Shown here: one piece after another, positions 9,292 to 19,191 of the stretch | How positions within the stretch are numbered: the stretch's first letter is position 1 | Layout: each line of letters begins with the position of its first letter | Virus record (IMG/VR): IMGVR_UViG_3300036858_000014 | Location: 1-50,445 of that record | DNA: 50,445 nucleotides | Strand: one strand, 5' to 3' | Source of the DNA: a virus | Lineage: Duplodnaviria > Caudoviricetes | Position numbers and translations under genes: made by a program | The notes under the pieces: generated by a model | Told to the model about the DNA's origin: nothing | Database searches by the model: none | The model's input: the letters and a program-made list of their open reading frames with translations, nothing else

Positions 9292-10779
9292 TTAGCTTAC
9301 GGGCTGATAGGCGTTTGGTGAATAGTACGGGCCGTTGGCATTGAAGTAGCGCCCGCCGTTAAGGTGATAGGCGGCATCTGGATACGGATCACGCCCATAC
9401 AGGAATCCCGGCAGCGAGTAGTTCACGTTGTCAATACGCGCGGCTAACCAAGGCGTGCGCATAATCAGACGCGGGCGGGCGGCGATATAGGCTTCGACGC
9501 ACATCCCCGTTTGCCGATGGGTCATAGCATAAAACCCGCCGTTCATCGTGCGATAGGCCAGTGGGTTATAGACATCACGAAACTCTTGGATGTCTGAGTT
9601 TTCCAAATCAAACCCTTCAAGATAGGTGACTTGACGCCCCATTGCGGTTAGCGGAATGAAGTAGATAGATGAGCTAAAGCCCTGCCCTAGCGTGGTCTGT
9701 TCAATCGCGCGGGTTGTCACAACGGGCAAGCGCATACCGTTCACCCATAGGAAGTTACCCGTTCGCATTTCATCACGCATCTGTACCTGCATATCAGCCG
9801 ATACGTTCAAGCGTTCGCCGTCATTGTTTGTCACCGCACAGCCATTGGTTAAATAGCTGCAAGGCCAAATGCTGGTCAGTTTCCAGAACAAGTCAGGATG
9901 CATCGCCAGTACCCAATTCACGGGTGCAATGTTGCTGTCATCCGCCAGCGCAATCAATTGGTACATGATACCTGCGACAATATCAGTGATACTACCGCTT
10001 TGCACCGTACCTCCGACATCGGCATTACCCCAATTAAAAATGGTAGACCGTGCAGCCGCGCAAGTGTTGCCTTCCACGTCAACAACCGTATTGGTAATCA
10101 AACGGTCAAAACCGTTAAATTCCCGAATGAACCCCAACTCGGCATTGTTACCTGTGTTCGCAGTTGACCCGTGAAACAAGGTACGCATCAACACGCGGCT
10201 CATGTGTACACCCAAGCTAAACAGCGCCAAGCCAAGCGTGGTGTTTGGGTTTTGCGCCCGCTGCAATACGTCAGGAATCAGCGGAAACAAGTCGGGACGG
10301 TTCACCAGATTGCGATTCACATCGCTGTTGTTAATCCGCCCGCCTGTTTTTGCAAGGTTCGCTTGGCGTACCTTAATGAAGAAATCGGCAAACGTCGCGC
10401 GGGTAGTACACAGTTTGACCTCCCCCGCCGTCGGTGCATCACCGCAGTAATCGGTAGCATTCGTACCGCTGCCTGCCTTGACACCGCTGATAATGTCGTA
10501 TTCAGGGTTGTCAATGTTGGTTACGCCGCGATACAGTGCCGACAAAAACTGTCCTGCGGTCGGCATAACAAACGCGGCGAACATGTCCGCATCCGCGCCG
10601 GGGCGGGTGAACAAGCCGGGTACGTTCTGGTTTTGAAAGAACCCATGCGGTACTTGGATGTTCGGGCTTGGTGACAACACATCGTGCTTTTGGCCTACGT
10701 TGAGCATCCCGGCGTCGAGGAGCTTTTGGTACGCCTCAACCGGGATTTCAACACCGTCAATTTTGATTACATCACTCAT
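9292..10779 (-). CDS. Major capsid protein
   Basis: 495 aa directly after protease/scaffold; strong AGGAG RBS; EFNGFDRLI and SSIYFIP segments typical of HK97-fold capsids. Confidence 0.75.
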   Translation of the reverse strand: MSDVIKIDGVEIPVEAYQKLLDAGMLNVGQKHDVLSPSPNIQVPHGFFQNQNVPGLFTRPGADADMFAAFVMPTAGQFLSALYRGVTNIDNPEYDIISGVKAGSGTNATDYCGDAPTAGEVKLCTTRATFADFFIKVRQANLAKTGGRINNSDVNRNLVNRPDLFPLIPDVLQRAQNPNTTLGLALFSLGVHMSRVLMRTLFHGSTANTGNNAELGFIREFNGFDRLITNTVVDVEGNTCAAARSTIFNWGNADVGGTVQSGSITDIVAGIMYQLIALADDSNIAPVNWVLAMHPDLFWKLTSIWPCSYLTNGCAVTNNDGERLNVSADMQVQMRDEMRTGNFLWVNGMRLPVVTTRAIEQTTLGQGFSSSIYFIPLTAMGRQVTYLEGFDLENSDIQEFRDVYNPLAYRTMNGGFYAMTHRQTGMCVEAYIAARPRLIMRTPWLAARIDNVNYSLPGFLYGRDPYPDAAYHLNGGRYFNANGPYYSPNAYQPVS

Positions 10780-10799
10780 GTTTATACTCCTAATCCCGG

Positions 10800-12083
10800 T
10801 TACTTGACTTCCAACGGTACATTCATACCGGGGAACATCGGGTCATACTCGACGGGTAGCTGTTCTTTCAGCTTGTTCTTATCCGCTTCACTTAGTTTGG
10901 TTTCCGGCGCTTCACTCGCACGGCGCGGCGCGTCCCCTAGTTTCGCGGTCAGGGCTGCAATTTGCGCCGTCAAATCCTTGACCTGCTTTTCGAGGGTCAT
11001 ATTCTTTTCAGACTGCGCTTTCGCGCTGGTGGTTTGTGCAGTGACAAGGGTAAGCAGCTCGCCTTGCCCTTCGATCAACTGTCCGACTAGCTCCCCAAGC
11101 GCTTTTGTGGCGCGGGTATCTTCTGAAACCTGCTGCTGTGCATCGGCGTCTACAAAATCCTTGTAGTTCACCCCGGCCTCTTTGATCTTTTCGCTTTGTT
11201 CTCGCAACTGGTCAATGCGGCTTACCGCGTCCTTGCCCATCACGAGTTCAAGCGCCGCCGCTTGCTCTGGCGTAATCTGCTGCATATCTTTTACCTCATA
11301 TTCAGTAAACGGATTCGCCGCAACCAACGGCGGCGGCAAAGTAGAAATCTCAAAGGTGTTGATGACCTTATATTGACCATCTTCAAAAGCCCACTTTGGA
11401 AATGTGAACCCATGCGAAAGCGGCGTGTCGCGCCCTTTCGTGGTGTAGTAATCGACCGCGCGTTTAGCCTCCGGGGTATCGTCAAACGTACCGACCGCAC
11501 ATACGAAATTGCCGACAGCGAATACTTGCGTGGCTTGCCCGTGTTTCGTGCCGGGGATATGCCCTAGCCACAATTCCGGCATGGGTACAAACCCCATGTT
11601 AACGCGCTTGAGATAGCCATCCCACGCCTTGTCCGTAATGATCTCGCCGTCTCTATCCTCAAAGTTATTGGAAAACACAGCGAACCAATGCGGCGTCTTG
11701 TCTTTCGTCCGGTATACGGTGAACGCATTGGACTGCTTTTGCTCACGTCCCAAAAGGCGTTTTACCAACTTGCCGACAAACCCCTCTTTTTCAGGGGTAA
11801 GCGCCACTTGCCCGCTGTCCATTTCGCCAACGGCGGGTTCGATGATGACAACCGGAATAGGGTCTACATCCGTCAGCGGCGGCGGGGTTTCCCATCGGTC
11901 ACAATAGCCCGTCGGGAGAATGGTTTCAGGCCAGCTTTGCACAATCAAACAGCTATCCCCATACTCGCCATTCGCACAAAAGAAACGGCAGTTTGCGCAC
12001 GCCTTTCCTTTTGTGATTGACAGTGGGATATAGTTTGTTTCCGCTTGTGTCAAGGGTGAAGTCATCTTCACTTGTTCATCCAT
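10800..12083 (-). CDS. Prohead protease/scaffold with N-terminal Cys-rich (HiPIP-like) domain
   Basis: DRDGEII, LWLGH, LSHGF, FEIST..AANPFT protease motifs; C-terminal coiled coil; N-terminal CANC..C..GYC. Confidence 0.7.
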   Translation of the reverse strand: MDEQVKMTSPLTQAETNYIPLSITKGKACANCRFFCANGEYGDSCLIVQSWPETILPTGYCDRWETPPPLTDVDPIPVVIIEPAVGEMDSGQVALTPEKEGFVGKLVKRLLGREQKQSNAFTVYRTKDKTPHWFAVFSNNFEDRDGEIITDKAWDGYLKRVNMGFVPMPELWLGHIPGTKHGQATQVFAVGNFVCAVGTFDDTPEAKRAVDYYTTKGRDTPLSHGFTFPKWAFEDGQYKVINTFEISTLPPPLVAANPFTEYEVKDMQQITPEQAAALELVMGKDAVSRIDQLREQSEKIKEAGVNYKDFVDADAQQQVSEDTRATKALGELVGQLIEGQGELLTLVTAQTTSAKAQSEKNMTLEKQVKDLTAQIAALTAKLGDAPRRASEAPETKLSEADKNKLKEQLPVEYDPMFPGMNVPLEVK

Positions 12084-12397
12084 TAATAAAACCTTTCGCG
12101 CGACTCTTCAAGCTGCTCATGGCGGTTATCGATCCATACAAAGCGAATGACAATCTCATCTTTAAATGGCGATAGATTCACACTGTCTAATGTGTCGCTA
12201 TTGGTCGCATAGAAAAAATTCCCCGTAACCCACCAGCGACGATAAAACACGCCACCTTGTACGAGAATGCCGATAACTTTGCGGTTGAGCATCCAAGGAT
12301 AAACCGTTTGCCATGTATCGTTTTGAACAGACGCGACAAAATCACCGACTGTCATTTCAATTGGATGACGCCAGTCATAAGTTGTGTCAGTATCCAC
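12083..12397 (-). CDS. Hypothetical protein
   Basis: Overlaps both neighbours in the operon. Confidence 0.55.
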   Translation of the reverse strand: MDTDTTYDWRHPIEMTVGDFVASVQNDTWQTVYPWMLNRKVIGILVQGGVFYRRWWVTGNFFYATNSDTLDSVNLSPFKDEIVIRFVWIDNRHEQLEESRERFY

Positions 12398-14474
12398 CTT
12401 TTGCCCGCCCTGTTGTTTTCTCTAACTCACATTTGCAGTTATACCCGCCACATTTCAATGCACTTGATTTTGGCATGATATGCGCGTGCCATTCTTTATA
12501 CCGATGCTTTTGCCCGTTCAAACGGCGGCAGTCGTCGCAGTGTTCCGTATCCCCATACTTCCAAATATACATGCCGTTTGCATCGGCACTCAACACCCCG
12601 GCATCATAGAACTCTTGCAGCGACTTATTCGACCACATCGCCGCCCGCATGTCAGGCGTGCCGATGAATACCCCATCGGCACCGAATATCTTGTTCGCCG
12701 CATCGGATACATAGCTGCTGTTTGCCGCGAGTAATCCTGCAATCGTTTCTTTTTCATCAGTCGGTAAATCAGCATAGCTTTCGACTTCAACCCCGCCCGC
12801 CGCTAGCCCGTCTAGGTAAGCCGCGCGTCCATAGGTATTCAGTGCAGAACGCATACGGATACCAAAAGACGCTTTGCTAACCGTGCCTTCGGCGGCGTCC
12901 TGCATAATCAGTTCTACGTTTCGGGTGTATTCGTCACGGGTGTCGGTGTATGCCTTGACATCACGATAGGCGTTCCCCCGTCTGCCCATGTGAGCATCAA
13001 TGTAGGATGCGAATCGTAACGTGCGATTAGCTGTTCCATCGTCAGTCGTTCCCCGTTGTCGAGGTACGGTGTCGGTGTTGGGTGTCTGGTTATCAGCGGT
13101 TGTTTCGGCAGTGGGCGGCGTAACGTTCGGGTCAATAGGTGTTTCATCATCCGCAATAAGTACATCATCACTACCCTCTTTCGGGTCACTGGACGGCAAA
13201 CGAATTTGCCCGTCGCTATCCATCAGGACATCACCGAACTCCGCCACATTGTTAGCTAGTAACTGCAATGCCGTTTCGTCGTCAATAAGGCCGGATGATT
13301 TGAGCGATGTAGCGATACCTGCCCATAAACTTGCTTGCTCGGCCTTCTGTTTATCCCCATCCGCGTCTTGATGCTTGAATTGAAATTCGAGATACGGGGG
13401 TAAGACTGTCCAATTTACAAAGCGCGTGAGCATTTGCAGGATGTAGCCAAACATCTTGCCTTGCCCCTTTTGCGCCAAGATAATCGACTGTGTACCCGTG
13501 CCTAAGCCCTGTCCCGTAAGAGGCCAAATGTCTTGTGGGTCAACACCAAGCGCAAGGGCTAACTTATTGACGTGTAGATCAATAAACTCTTTTTGACTAA
13601 AGCCTTCAGGTACGGTGCTAAAGGGAATGGTTTTGGCGTCAACGGGTTTTTCAGGATCAAGTGAATTAAGCACCAGCGTCTTGTGCCAAATGCTTGCCCC
13701 TACCGCTTGCCTATCGGCTTCATAACTGCGCTTGATATTTGTCCACTGCTTTTCCGTAATGCCGCTGAGTGCCAAAATACCGGACGGCGGCAAATCAGAC
13801 AGCATTTCGTAATCGTGCCGATTGAGAAACACGTCAACGAATGCCTCTTGTGCATACCGCGAGAGCGCACAAAAGCCGTTCCCGTACCCGCGTCGGTACG
13901 GGGTACTCAAATCTGCCCACCGCCAGACGCGCGACGTATGCATTCGGTGCATACTGCCGTCTTCCTCATTCCAGTACACAACCGGATATTCGTTTACCGG
14001 GGTTGCAACGCACGATAAACTGTCGAGTACGTTAACGGCTATCACCTTACCCGTTAAGGCGCGGTCAGCTTTGCCGCCGCCGACGATTTCAACAACGCCG
14101 CCGAAATCCTGATGCACAAAATCCCAAAGCAGTTTACCAATAAACGATTCCCACCCGTTCCCCATGTCGGCATATTGCAGCACGTCTTGATAATATTCGA
14201 CGTTGCGTTTGCCTTTGACCTCCCAAGGTGTGGCTTGCACCTTTTTAATCAGCGCTGCTACCGCCCCCTGCCAGAGCGAGTTGCCAAGCGTGTAGGACAA
14301 TTGACGCAAATGCAAATCACGCACGCGCAAACCCCATGTTGGCAGCGGGTCAGAATGCGTCACCACGTCATACCACATACCGCCGTCACCGACGCCGTAT
14401 GCGTAGTCTTTGCTTAAATTCAGGTCAGCCGTTTGTACGGATTGCCGGATTACACGCGGGTCATAAGTGGTCAT
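12387..14474 (-). CDS. Portal protein fused to a MuF/SPP1 gp7-like head morphogenesis domain
   Basis: Follows terL; portal-like first ~430 aa (PPSGIL, LALALGVDP); C-terminal TEHCDDC..LNG..CGGYNCKC. Confidence 0.75.
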   Translation of the reverse strand: MTTYDPRVIRQSVQTADLNLSKDYAYGVGDGGMWYDVVTHSDPLPTWGLRVRDLHLRQLSYTLGNSLWQGAVAALIKKVQATPWEVKGKRNVEYYQDVLQYADMGNGWESFIGKLLWDFVHQDFGGVVEIVGGGKADRALTGKVIAVNVLDSLSCVATPVNEYPVVYWNEEDGSMHRMHTSRVWRWADLSTPYRRGYGNGFCALSRYAQEAFVDVFLNRHDYEMLSDLPPSGILALSGITEKQWTNIKRSYEADRQAVGASIWHKTLVLNSLDPEKPVDAKTIPFSTVPEGFSQKEFIDLHVNKLALALGVDPQDIWPLTGQGLGTGTQSIILAQKGQGKMFGYILQMLTRFVNWTVLPPYLEFQFKHQDADGDKQKAEQASLWAGIATSLKSSGLIDDETALQLLANNVAEFGDVLMDSDGQIRLPSSDPKEGSDDVLIADDETPIDPNVTPPTAETTADNQTPNTDTVPRQRGTTDDGTANRTLRFASYIDAHMGRRGNAYRDVKAYTDTRDEYTRNVELIMQDAAEGTVSKASFGIRMRSALNTYGRAAYLDGLAAGGVEVESYADLPTDEKETIAGLLAANSSYVSDAANKIFGADGVFIGTPDMRAAMWSNKSLQEFYDAGVLSADANGMYIWKYGDTEHCDDCRRLNGQKHRYKEWHAHIMPKSSALKCGGYNCKCELEKTTGRAKGGY

Positions 14475-14477
14475 GTA

Positions 14478-15803
14478 TTAATACCGTAGATGCCATGTGA
14501 GATAACGCAATGCATCGAGGCAGTGGTCATCTACTTTAAGCGGTTTAGGTTCACCAATAGAGGCTTGCGTACCGGGATTGTAACGATAGCTTTGAAATTC
14601 ACGTATCAGGTTAACGCAACGCGGATGGATTTTAAGCTGTCTTACACCGTTGCCATCGCATACCAAACGACGTAGGTTTTTGATGCCTTCAGATACGGTA
14701 TGCGTTGCACCCGTCGCATTTAACCCCATTGACCATAGCCGTGCTTTTAATTCCGCCGCGCTGCTATCCACATAAGCGAGGGTTGGGTGCTGATACGGAA
14801 GCGCCATTACGTTTTGCACGCTGGCATCGGTGAGTTCGTTTGTAACCACGTATTCATAGAACACATTAACACCGCCCGTTGGGGTAATATTTGCCAACAA
14901 AAATACGCGCGGGTGATAACTCTCTGTACCAACGCCCTGTCCTGCGCTATACCCATCGTCAACACCCCACTCTATAGGCCAGTCGGGATTATATTCCGCG
15001 TCGGCAGTGACGTTATGCTCAACACTGAAGTTGTCATAAATCACGCCTTCCGCTTGCACCCAACGGCCTAACACAAGACGCTCATATTGCATCCCGGTTA
15101 ACCGTTCAAGGTTTGCAAGGTATTCGGGCGGGTTATGCGGGTTGTCTTTCGCGCTACTGTAGTAAACCGATGCTTCCCTGCCGATGATCAAACGCTGGTT
15201 AATCCAGTGCAAGGGGCTATCAGGATTTGTCATGAGAATGATTTGCCGATATTCGCCCACAGGGGAGCGCATACGGGCAATAATTTCGTTATAGTCTTGC
15301 TCGGTGAACGCGGTCGCTTCCTCAAACAGACAGATGCTTAACCCGCCATCCCCGCCGATAGACCGCACGCTTTCGCGCTGATCATCGTCATTCATCCCAC
15401 CCCAATACAGCGTACCCCCGTTGGCATACGCAAACTGGCGGTCAGATTTCTTCTTTTCGGCGATTGCGGTGTTACGCTTCATCACCGACTGCCACATAAA
15501 CGGGACAATCGACTTGCCCGCCCATTCCTGCGCTTTACGCATCATAAGACCCGTTGCGCCGGGGTAGCGTTGCATATAGCGGTTGACCAGTTCCAAGCCA
15601 AGGCGCGACTTACCGCCCCCTGCCGACCCTGTTAGCAGAATAACAGGCGAACGATCCTCAAGCGCGGGTAGCTGCCACGCGAGAGGGGTATAACCGTCAT
15701 TCGGTACTGTTGGTATTGCCGTTAAGTTGGTGCTGATGTGTTGCACCAACGAGTCGAACAAAGTCAGCTTGGATTGCGCTAAGTGCGCTGCTGTCTGATA
15801 CAT
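14478..15803 (-). CDS. terL: Terminase large subunit (PBSX/SPP1-like)
   Basis: Walker A GSAGGGKS, Walker B LFEEA, MTNP, DNPH, GVDDGY, DHCLDALRY. Start uncertain. Confidence 0.93.
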   Translation of the reverse strand: MYQTAAHLAQSKLTLFDSLVQHISTNLTAIPTVPNDGYTPLAWQLPALEDRSPVILLTGSAGGGKSRLGLELVNRYMQRYPGATGLMMRKAQEWAGKSIVPFMWQSVMKRNTAIAEKKKSDRQFAYANGGTLYWGGMNDDDQRESVRSIGGDGGLSICLFEEATAFTEQDYNEIIARMRSPVGEYRQIILMTNPDSPLHWINQRLIIGREASVYYSSAKDNPHNPPEYLANLERLTGMQYERLVLGRWVQAEGVIYDNFSVEHNVTADAEYNPDWPIEWGVDDGYSAGQGVGTESYHPRVFLLANITPTGGVNVFYEYVVTNELTDASVQNVMALPYQHPTLAYVDSSAAELKARLWSMGLNATGATHTVSEGIKNLRRLVCDGNGVRQLKIHPRCVNLIREFQSYRYNPGTQASIGEPKPLKVDDHCLDALRYLTWHLRY

Positions 15804-16356
15804 TCCGTCTCACGCTATCTAACATCGCACTCATGAGCAGTATTGCTTGCTCTGCAGTAATGGCGCGTTCCTTCTGAAAATCAATCTTATGCACGGTTTC
15901 GACCAGCTTACGGCGCTGCTCTAGCTTGTCGCGTATCTCTTGTTCAGTCGCGTAATGCAGCACCCGTCTGTCGATGATGTCGCGCATTTCGGCAAGCAAG
16001 ATAACACACTTGCCGTAGTCATCTTTATGGAACGCCATTTGCATGTCAATAACCGACTTGCGAATCGCTTTCCACGCCTCCCCGCTTTCCTCTGTGTCAA
16101 GCGCCTCAAAGTTGCTGAGTAGCAGCGCGTCAATAAGGTTAATGTCATGTCGTAATGACAGCAGTTCAGGGTCGCTAGACGCATCCTGATATGCACTTAG
16201 CAGCTTGTCGGGTAAGTACTTGCTATAGCGTAGGTGTTTCGTCTGCGGCAACGCTAACCCGTTGGGTGTTTTGCCGCCATGTATTCGACAACGCCCGTTA
16301 GCCATCGCAGGCGCTTTACAGGGTTCACCGTTTCGTCGTTTCGCTCCACATTCCAT
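15697..16356 (-). CDS. terS: Terminase small subunit (HGGxxT domain)
   Basis: CGAKRRNGEPC..NGRCRIHGGKT..KHLRYSKY, directly upstream of terL. Confidence 0.8.
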   Translation of the reverse strand: MECGAKRRNGEPCKAPAMANGRCRIHGGKTPNGLALPQTKHLRYSKYLPDKLLSAYQDASSDPELLSLRHDINLIDALLLSNFEALDTEESGEAWKAIRKSVIDMQMAFHKDDYGKCVILLAEMRDIIDRRVLHYATEQEIRDKLEQRRKLVETVHKIDFQKERAITAEQAILLMSAMLDSVRRNVSDSSALSAIQADFVRLVGATHQHQLNGNTNSTE

Positions 16357-16381
16357 AAGGGTTATATACTTCTATAGGGGT

Positions 16382-16729
16382 TTATGTCGGTATCGCATTA
16401 ATGTTAAACTGTCGAATGCCTATTTTCGTCTCGCTCGGATTGGTCAGCGTAGCAGTCGCGTACACCGTACACAGCCCCGCCGCAACCATCGTGAATTTTG
16501 CCCGTACCGCGTCACTACTCACGCCCGCATTTGTACCTTGCTGCGATGTGAACACCGCATCCGTTCCCGCGTCTTTGGTTGCCAGACTGGTTTCTGCTGA
16601 TGTCCATGTAACTGTCGATACGGACTGACCGGGATGCGATTGTAACCACGCAAGAAACGACAATTCAGCAAAGATAGACTCACCAACCGTCGCTTCGATA
16701 ATCTGTTCAGGCGTTATCGTCAGGGTCAT
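16382..16729 (-). CDS. Putative fibre-tail adaptor (small beta-sandwich)
   Basis: F..WL....VSTVTWT...G...V.ATAT pattern; 115 aa. Confidence 0.45.
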   Translation of the reverse strand: MTLTITPEQIIEATVGESIFAELSFLAWLQSHPGQSVSTVTWTSAETSLATKDAGTDAVFTSQQGTNAGVSSDAVRAKFTMVAAGLCTVYATATLTNPSETKIGIRQFNINAIPT

Positions 16730-16958
16730 AAAACACCGGGTTACTTAATGGGTCAAAATACAGGGGGTTACGGGTTGCAAGATACCGAACCGGATTGGAT
16801 TGCGGGTCTACGATAACGTTATTCGCCAGCGGGTCGATATACAGCGGATTGCGTTCGGGTAAATAGTACACATCGGTTTCACCCACAAACGGGATGGCAC
16901 TAAACGCATGGGTACCGACTAGCCCCGGTAATCCGATAACGTCAAGATAGCCACTCAT
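16707..16958 (-). CDS. Hypothetical protein with internal RNPLY(I/F)DPL repeats
   Basis: Coupled ORF with a visible peptide repeat. Confidence 0.55.
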   Translation of the reverse strand: MSGYLDVIGLPGLVGTHAFSAIPFVGETDVYYLPERNPLYIDPLANNVIVDPQSNPVRYLATRNPLYFDPLSNPVFYDPDDNA

Positions 16959-17920
16959 GCGGTGTCAGCGCTTACAACAGGTTCTGCGGATGCGTCGGTG
17001 GTCAGCGTTTGCGTGTACAGTGCCGTGCTGTCATCCGCCTCGTATACCGTTAAGGTTGTGCCGACAATCGCGCTCCGATTTGCCAGCCGTGCGACCACGC
17101 CTAAGAGGCTACGCCCTGTTTTGGAATCCCCGTCTGCACTAGCCGCTGCATTCGTAAACGAACGCCGGATAAGATTATCGGCTATCTGGTTACGTAATGT
17201 TGCACTGATCTCTGTGAGTGACCGGGTAGCGCTTGACCAAACCGCTGCTGCAATAGCAAGGGCTGTTGGTGGTGTGGTGTAATCCGATGATGCGAGGCGA
17301 CTGCTCACGGCGGCATCAATCCGCCCTGTCACCGTAGGGGTTAACCCGACATCACTTAAGGCGGTATCAACTTCCGTATTGACTTGCGCGGCGGTCAAGG
17401 TGCTTAACCCGCTTTGTACCGCTGTCACACCTGCTCCACTTAACGCATAGCCCGTTTTGTCATTGTTGGTCGAAACCGTGACCCCGTTGGTTACGGCAGT
17501 TGTTGTGCCGATACTGCTAGCAGCTTTTGCATAACCATTGCCATCGTAATCGGATTCGAGGTTATCAGCGGCGGTTGTATCGCCACTCACTGCCGTTACG
17601 TTGACCGGAATATCGGTGTTCTCAGCCGGATACAACACTAACACGGTTGTTTTGGCGTTCACGCTGCTGGTTTTGACAATCACCGCAACCGTATCGGCAT
17701 TCATTTCAGCCGATGAAATATCTAAAAAATATATGCCACTAGCAGTCGCTATCTCAGTGGCTTCGTTGGTGCAATCGGCAAACGTACCCCCGTCGAGCGA
17801 GACTTCACTATCCAACCCCGCCGCGCCTGTGACCAAATCGCCTTCTTGGTCATAAATGGCAAAGGTGACACGAAAGGCGGTATTTTTGATGGGAATTGGT
17901 TTCGCGTCTGATGCAGCCAT
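16955..17920 (-). CDS. Putative virion structural (fibre/appendage) protein
   Basis: Ala/Thr/Ser-rich; N-terminal SLDGGTFA..TN..TEI..GIY and NNDKTGYAL repeat-type motif. Confidence 0.55.
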   Translation of the reverse strand: MAASDAKPIPIKNTAFRVTFAIYDQEGDLVTGAAGLDSEVSLDGGTFADCTNEATEIATASGIYFLDISSAEMNADTVAVIVKTSSVNAKTTVLVLYPAENTDIPVNVTAVSGDTTAADNLESDYDGNGYAKAASSIGTTTAVTNGVTVSTNNDKTGYALSGAGVTAVQSGLSTLTAAQVNTEVDTALSDVGLTPTVTGRIDAAVSSRLASSDYTTPPTALAIAAAVWSSATRSLTEISATLRNQIADNLIRRSFTNAAASADGDSKTGRSLLGVVARLANRSAIVGTTLTVYEADDSTALYTQTLTTDASAEPVVSADTA

Positions 17921-18543
17921 TAAAACGTCCTTACGCGGCGATAGTTACTCATGTACGGTACATACTGCCCCCGTATTTGTGGGGGTTGCGGGGTATACGC
18001 CCCGCCGTTCCACTGATCTATGCGGATTGTCGTATCAGGTAATGTAAACGATACATCACCCGCGCCGCTGTAGGTCGCATCAGTGGTACTCCCGATGAAT
18101 ACAAACGGGTTCGCGCCTGTTTTATACCATGAACTCAGTTCCGTACCGTACAACCGAATACCGATCCAATCACCTGCACTCACCTCCTGATTAGCGGCTT
18201 GCAACACAACCGCCGTTACAGGTGCGTCAATACGAATAAGCGCAATCGTATCCGTGCCTGCATTACGGGTGTAGCGTACTGCGTACCCGGTAAGCGTTAC
18301 AATACTCCCAATGTTTTGCACCCGCACCCCTAAATCGGTACTCGTGCCAACGCCGGGAAGCGTTGTAATCGGCATCGCCGCCCATGCATCCGCCCAATTC
18401 TCAGGGGTGTAGATACACACAGCAGGCGCAACACTTGCCGCTAACTGATTACTGGTAATCGTTGCTGTACCTGCGAGGTTCGTATAATTCGCACCAAGCG
18501 AAGCACGGTTGAAATCGTCTACTAAAGGCGGGTTAAAAGCCAC
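17920..18543 (-). CDS. Putative lectin-like virion protein
   Basis: DDFNRASLGANY start, beta-rich, TDATYSGAG; GTG start. Confidence 0.45.
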   Translation of the reverse strand: MAFNPPLVDDFNRASLGANYTNLAGTATITSNQLAASVAPAVCIYTPENWADAWAAMPITTLPGVGTSTDLGVRVQNIGSIVTLTGYAVRYTRNAGTDTIALIRIDAPVTAVVLQAANQEVSAGDWIGIRLYGTELSSWYKTGANPFVFIGSTTDATYSGAGDVSFTLPDTTIRIDQWNGGAYTPQPPQIRGQYVPYMSNYRRVRTF

Positions 18544-18620
18544 ACAATACCCTTCCCCGTCCCGGCTAGGACAGCACGATAGCCGGGAGAGGCTTCTAAG
18601 GGAGAAGATGATGTTGCAAC

Positions 18621-18652
18621 AAAAAAAGCGATTACGGGGGAGGTAATCGCTT
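18621..18652 (-). terminator. Intrinsic terminator in the late-operon leader
   Basis: GCGAUUAC-loop-GUAAUCGC followed by U7. Confidence 0.7.
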
Positions 18653-18669
18653 ATCGCTGCTAAGTATAG

Positions 18670-18699
18670 ATAATACCGCTATTATGCGAGGAAAGTCAA
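18670..18699 (-). promoter_or_regulatory. Putative sigma70 promoter
   Basis: TTGACT-N18-TATTAT. Confidence 0.45.
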
Positions 18700-18702
18700 G
18701 TT

Positions 18703-19182
18703 TCAGTCAATTAACTTTAGCGAGGCCGCTTCATTCTGCGCTTGGATATAATACTGCCGCGCCACGTTGATAAACTCGCTGTTCAGCACATCCCGTACAT
18801 ACATAAACGTAATCGTCGGATAGCCGTTTTTTTGCATCGCCCCGGCTATTGCCTGATACAACACCATCCCATACAAGCCCTCTTTAACCTTTTCGCCGTT
18901 TCGGATAATTGGCTGTCGATACTTTAACTCTAGCTTAAGCATGGTATCTTCCATCGGAAGCAGTTTGGGGATAAACGGCGTCTTCGTGGCTTGCACTTCA
19001 GTCGCGCGGCTGCTTGCGTTCGTCTGTACCACGCTGTGCAGACCAGCGGCCTTTTTGCTGCTGTCAGCTAAATGGTCAACTTGAACAGCACGAACGTCTA
19101 GTGATAAGTCAGGGGTATGATCATAGGGCATTTTGGCGTCACCTCTAAATGCCCCTAGTATAATACGGTTATTACAAATCAA
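18703..19182 (-). CDS. Hypothetical protein (start uncertain)
   Basis: ORF preceding the late leader. Confidence 0.45.
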   Translation of the reverse strand: MICNNRIILGAFRGDAKMPYDHTPDLSLDVRAVQVDHLADSSKKAAGLHSVVQTNASSRATEVQATKTPFIPKLLPMEDTMLKLELKYRQPIIRNGEKVKEGLYGMVLYQAIAGAMQKNGYPTITFMYVRDVLNSEFINVARQYYIQAQNEAASLKLID

Positions 19183-19191
19183 GCAAGTTAC

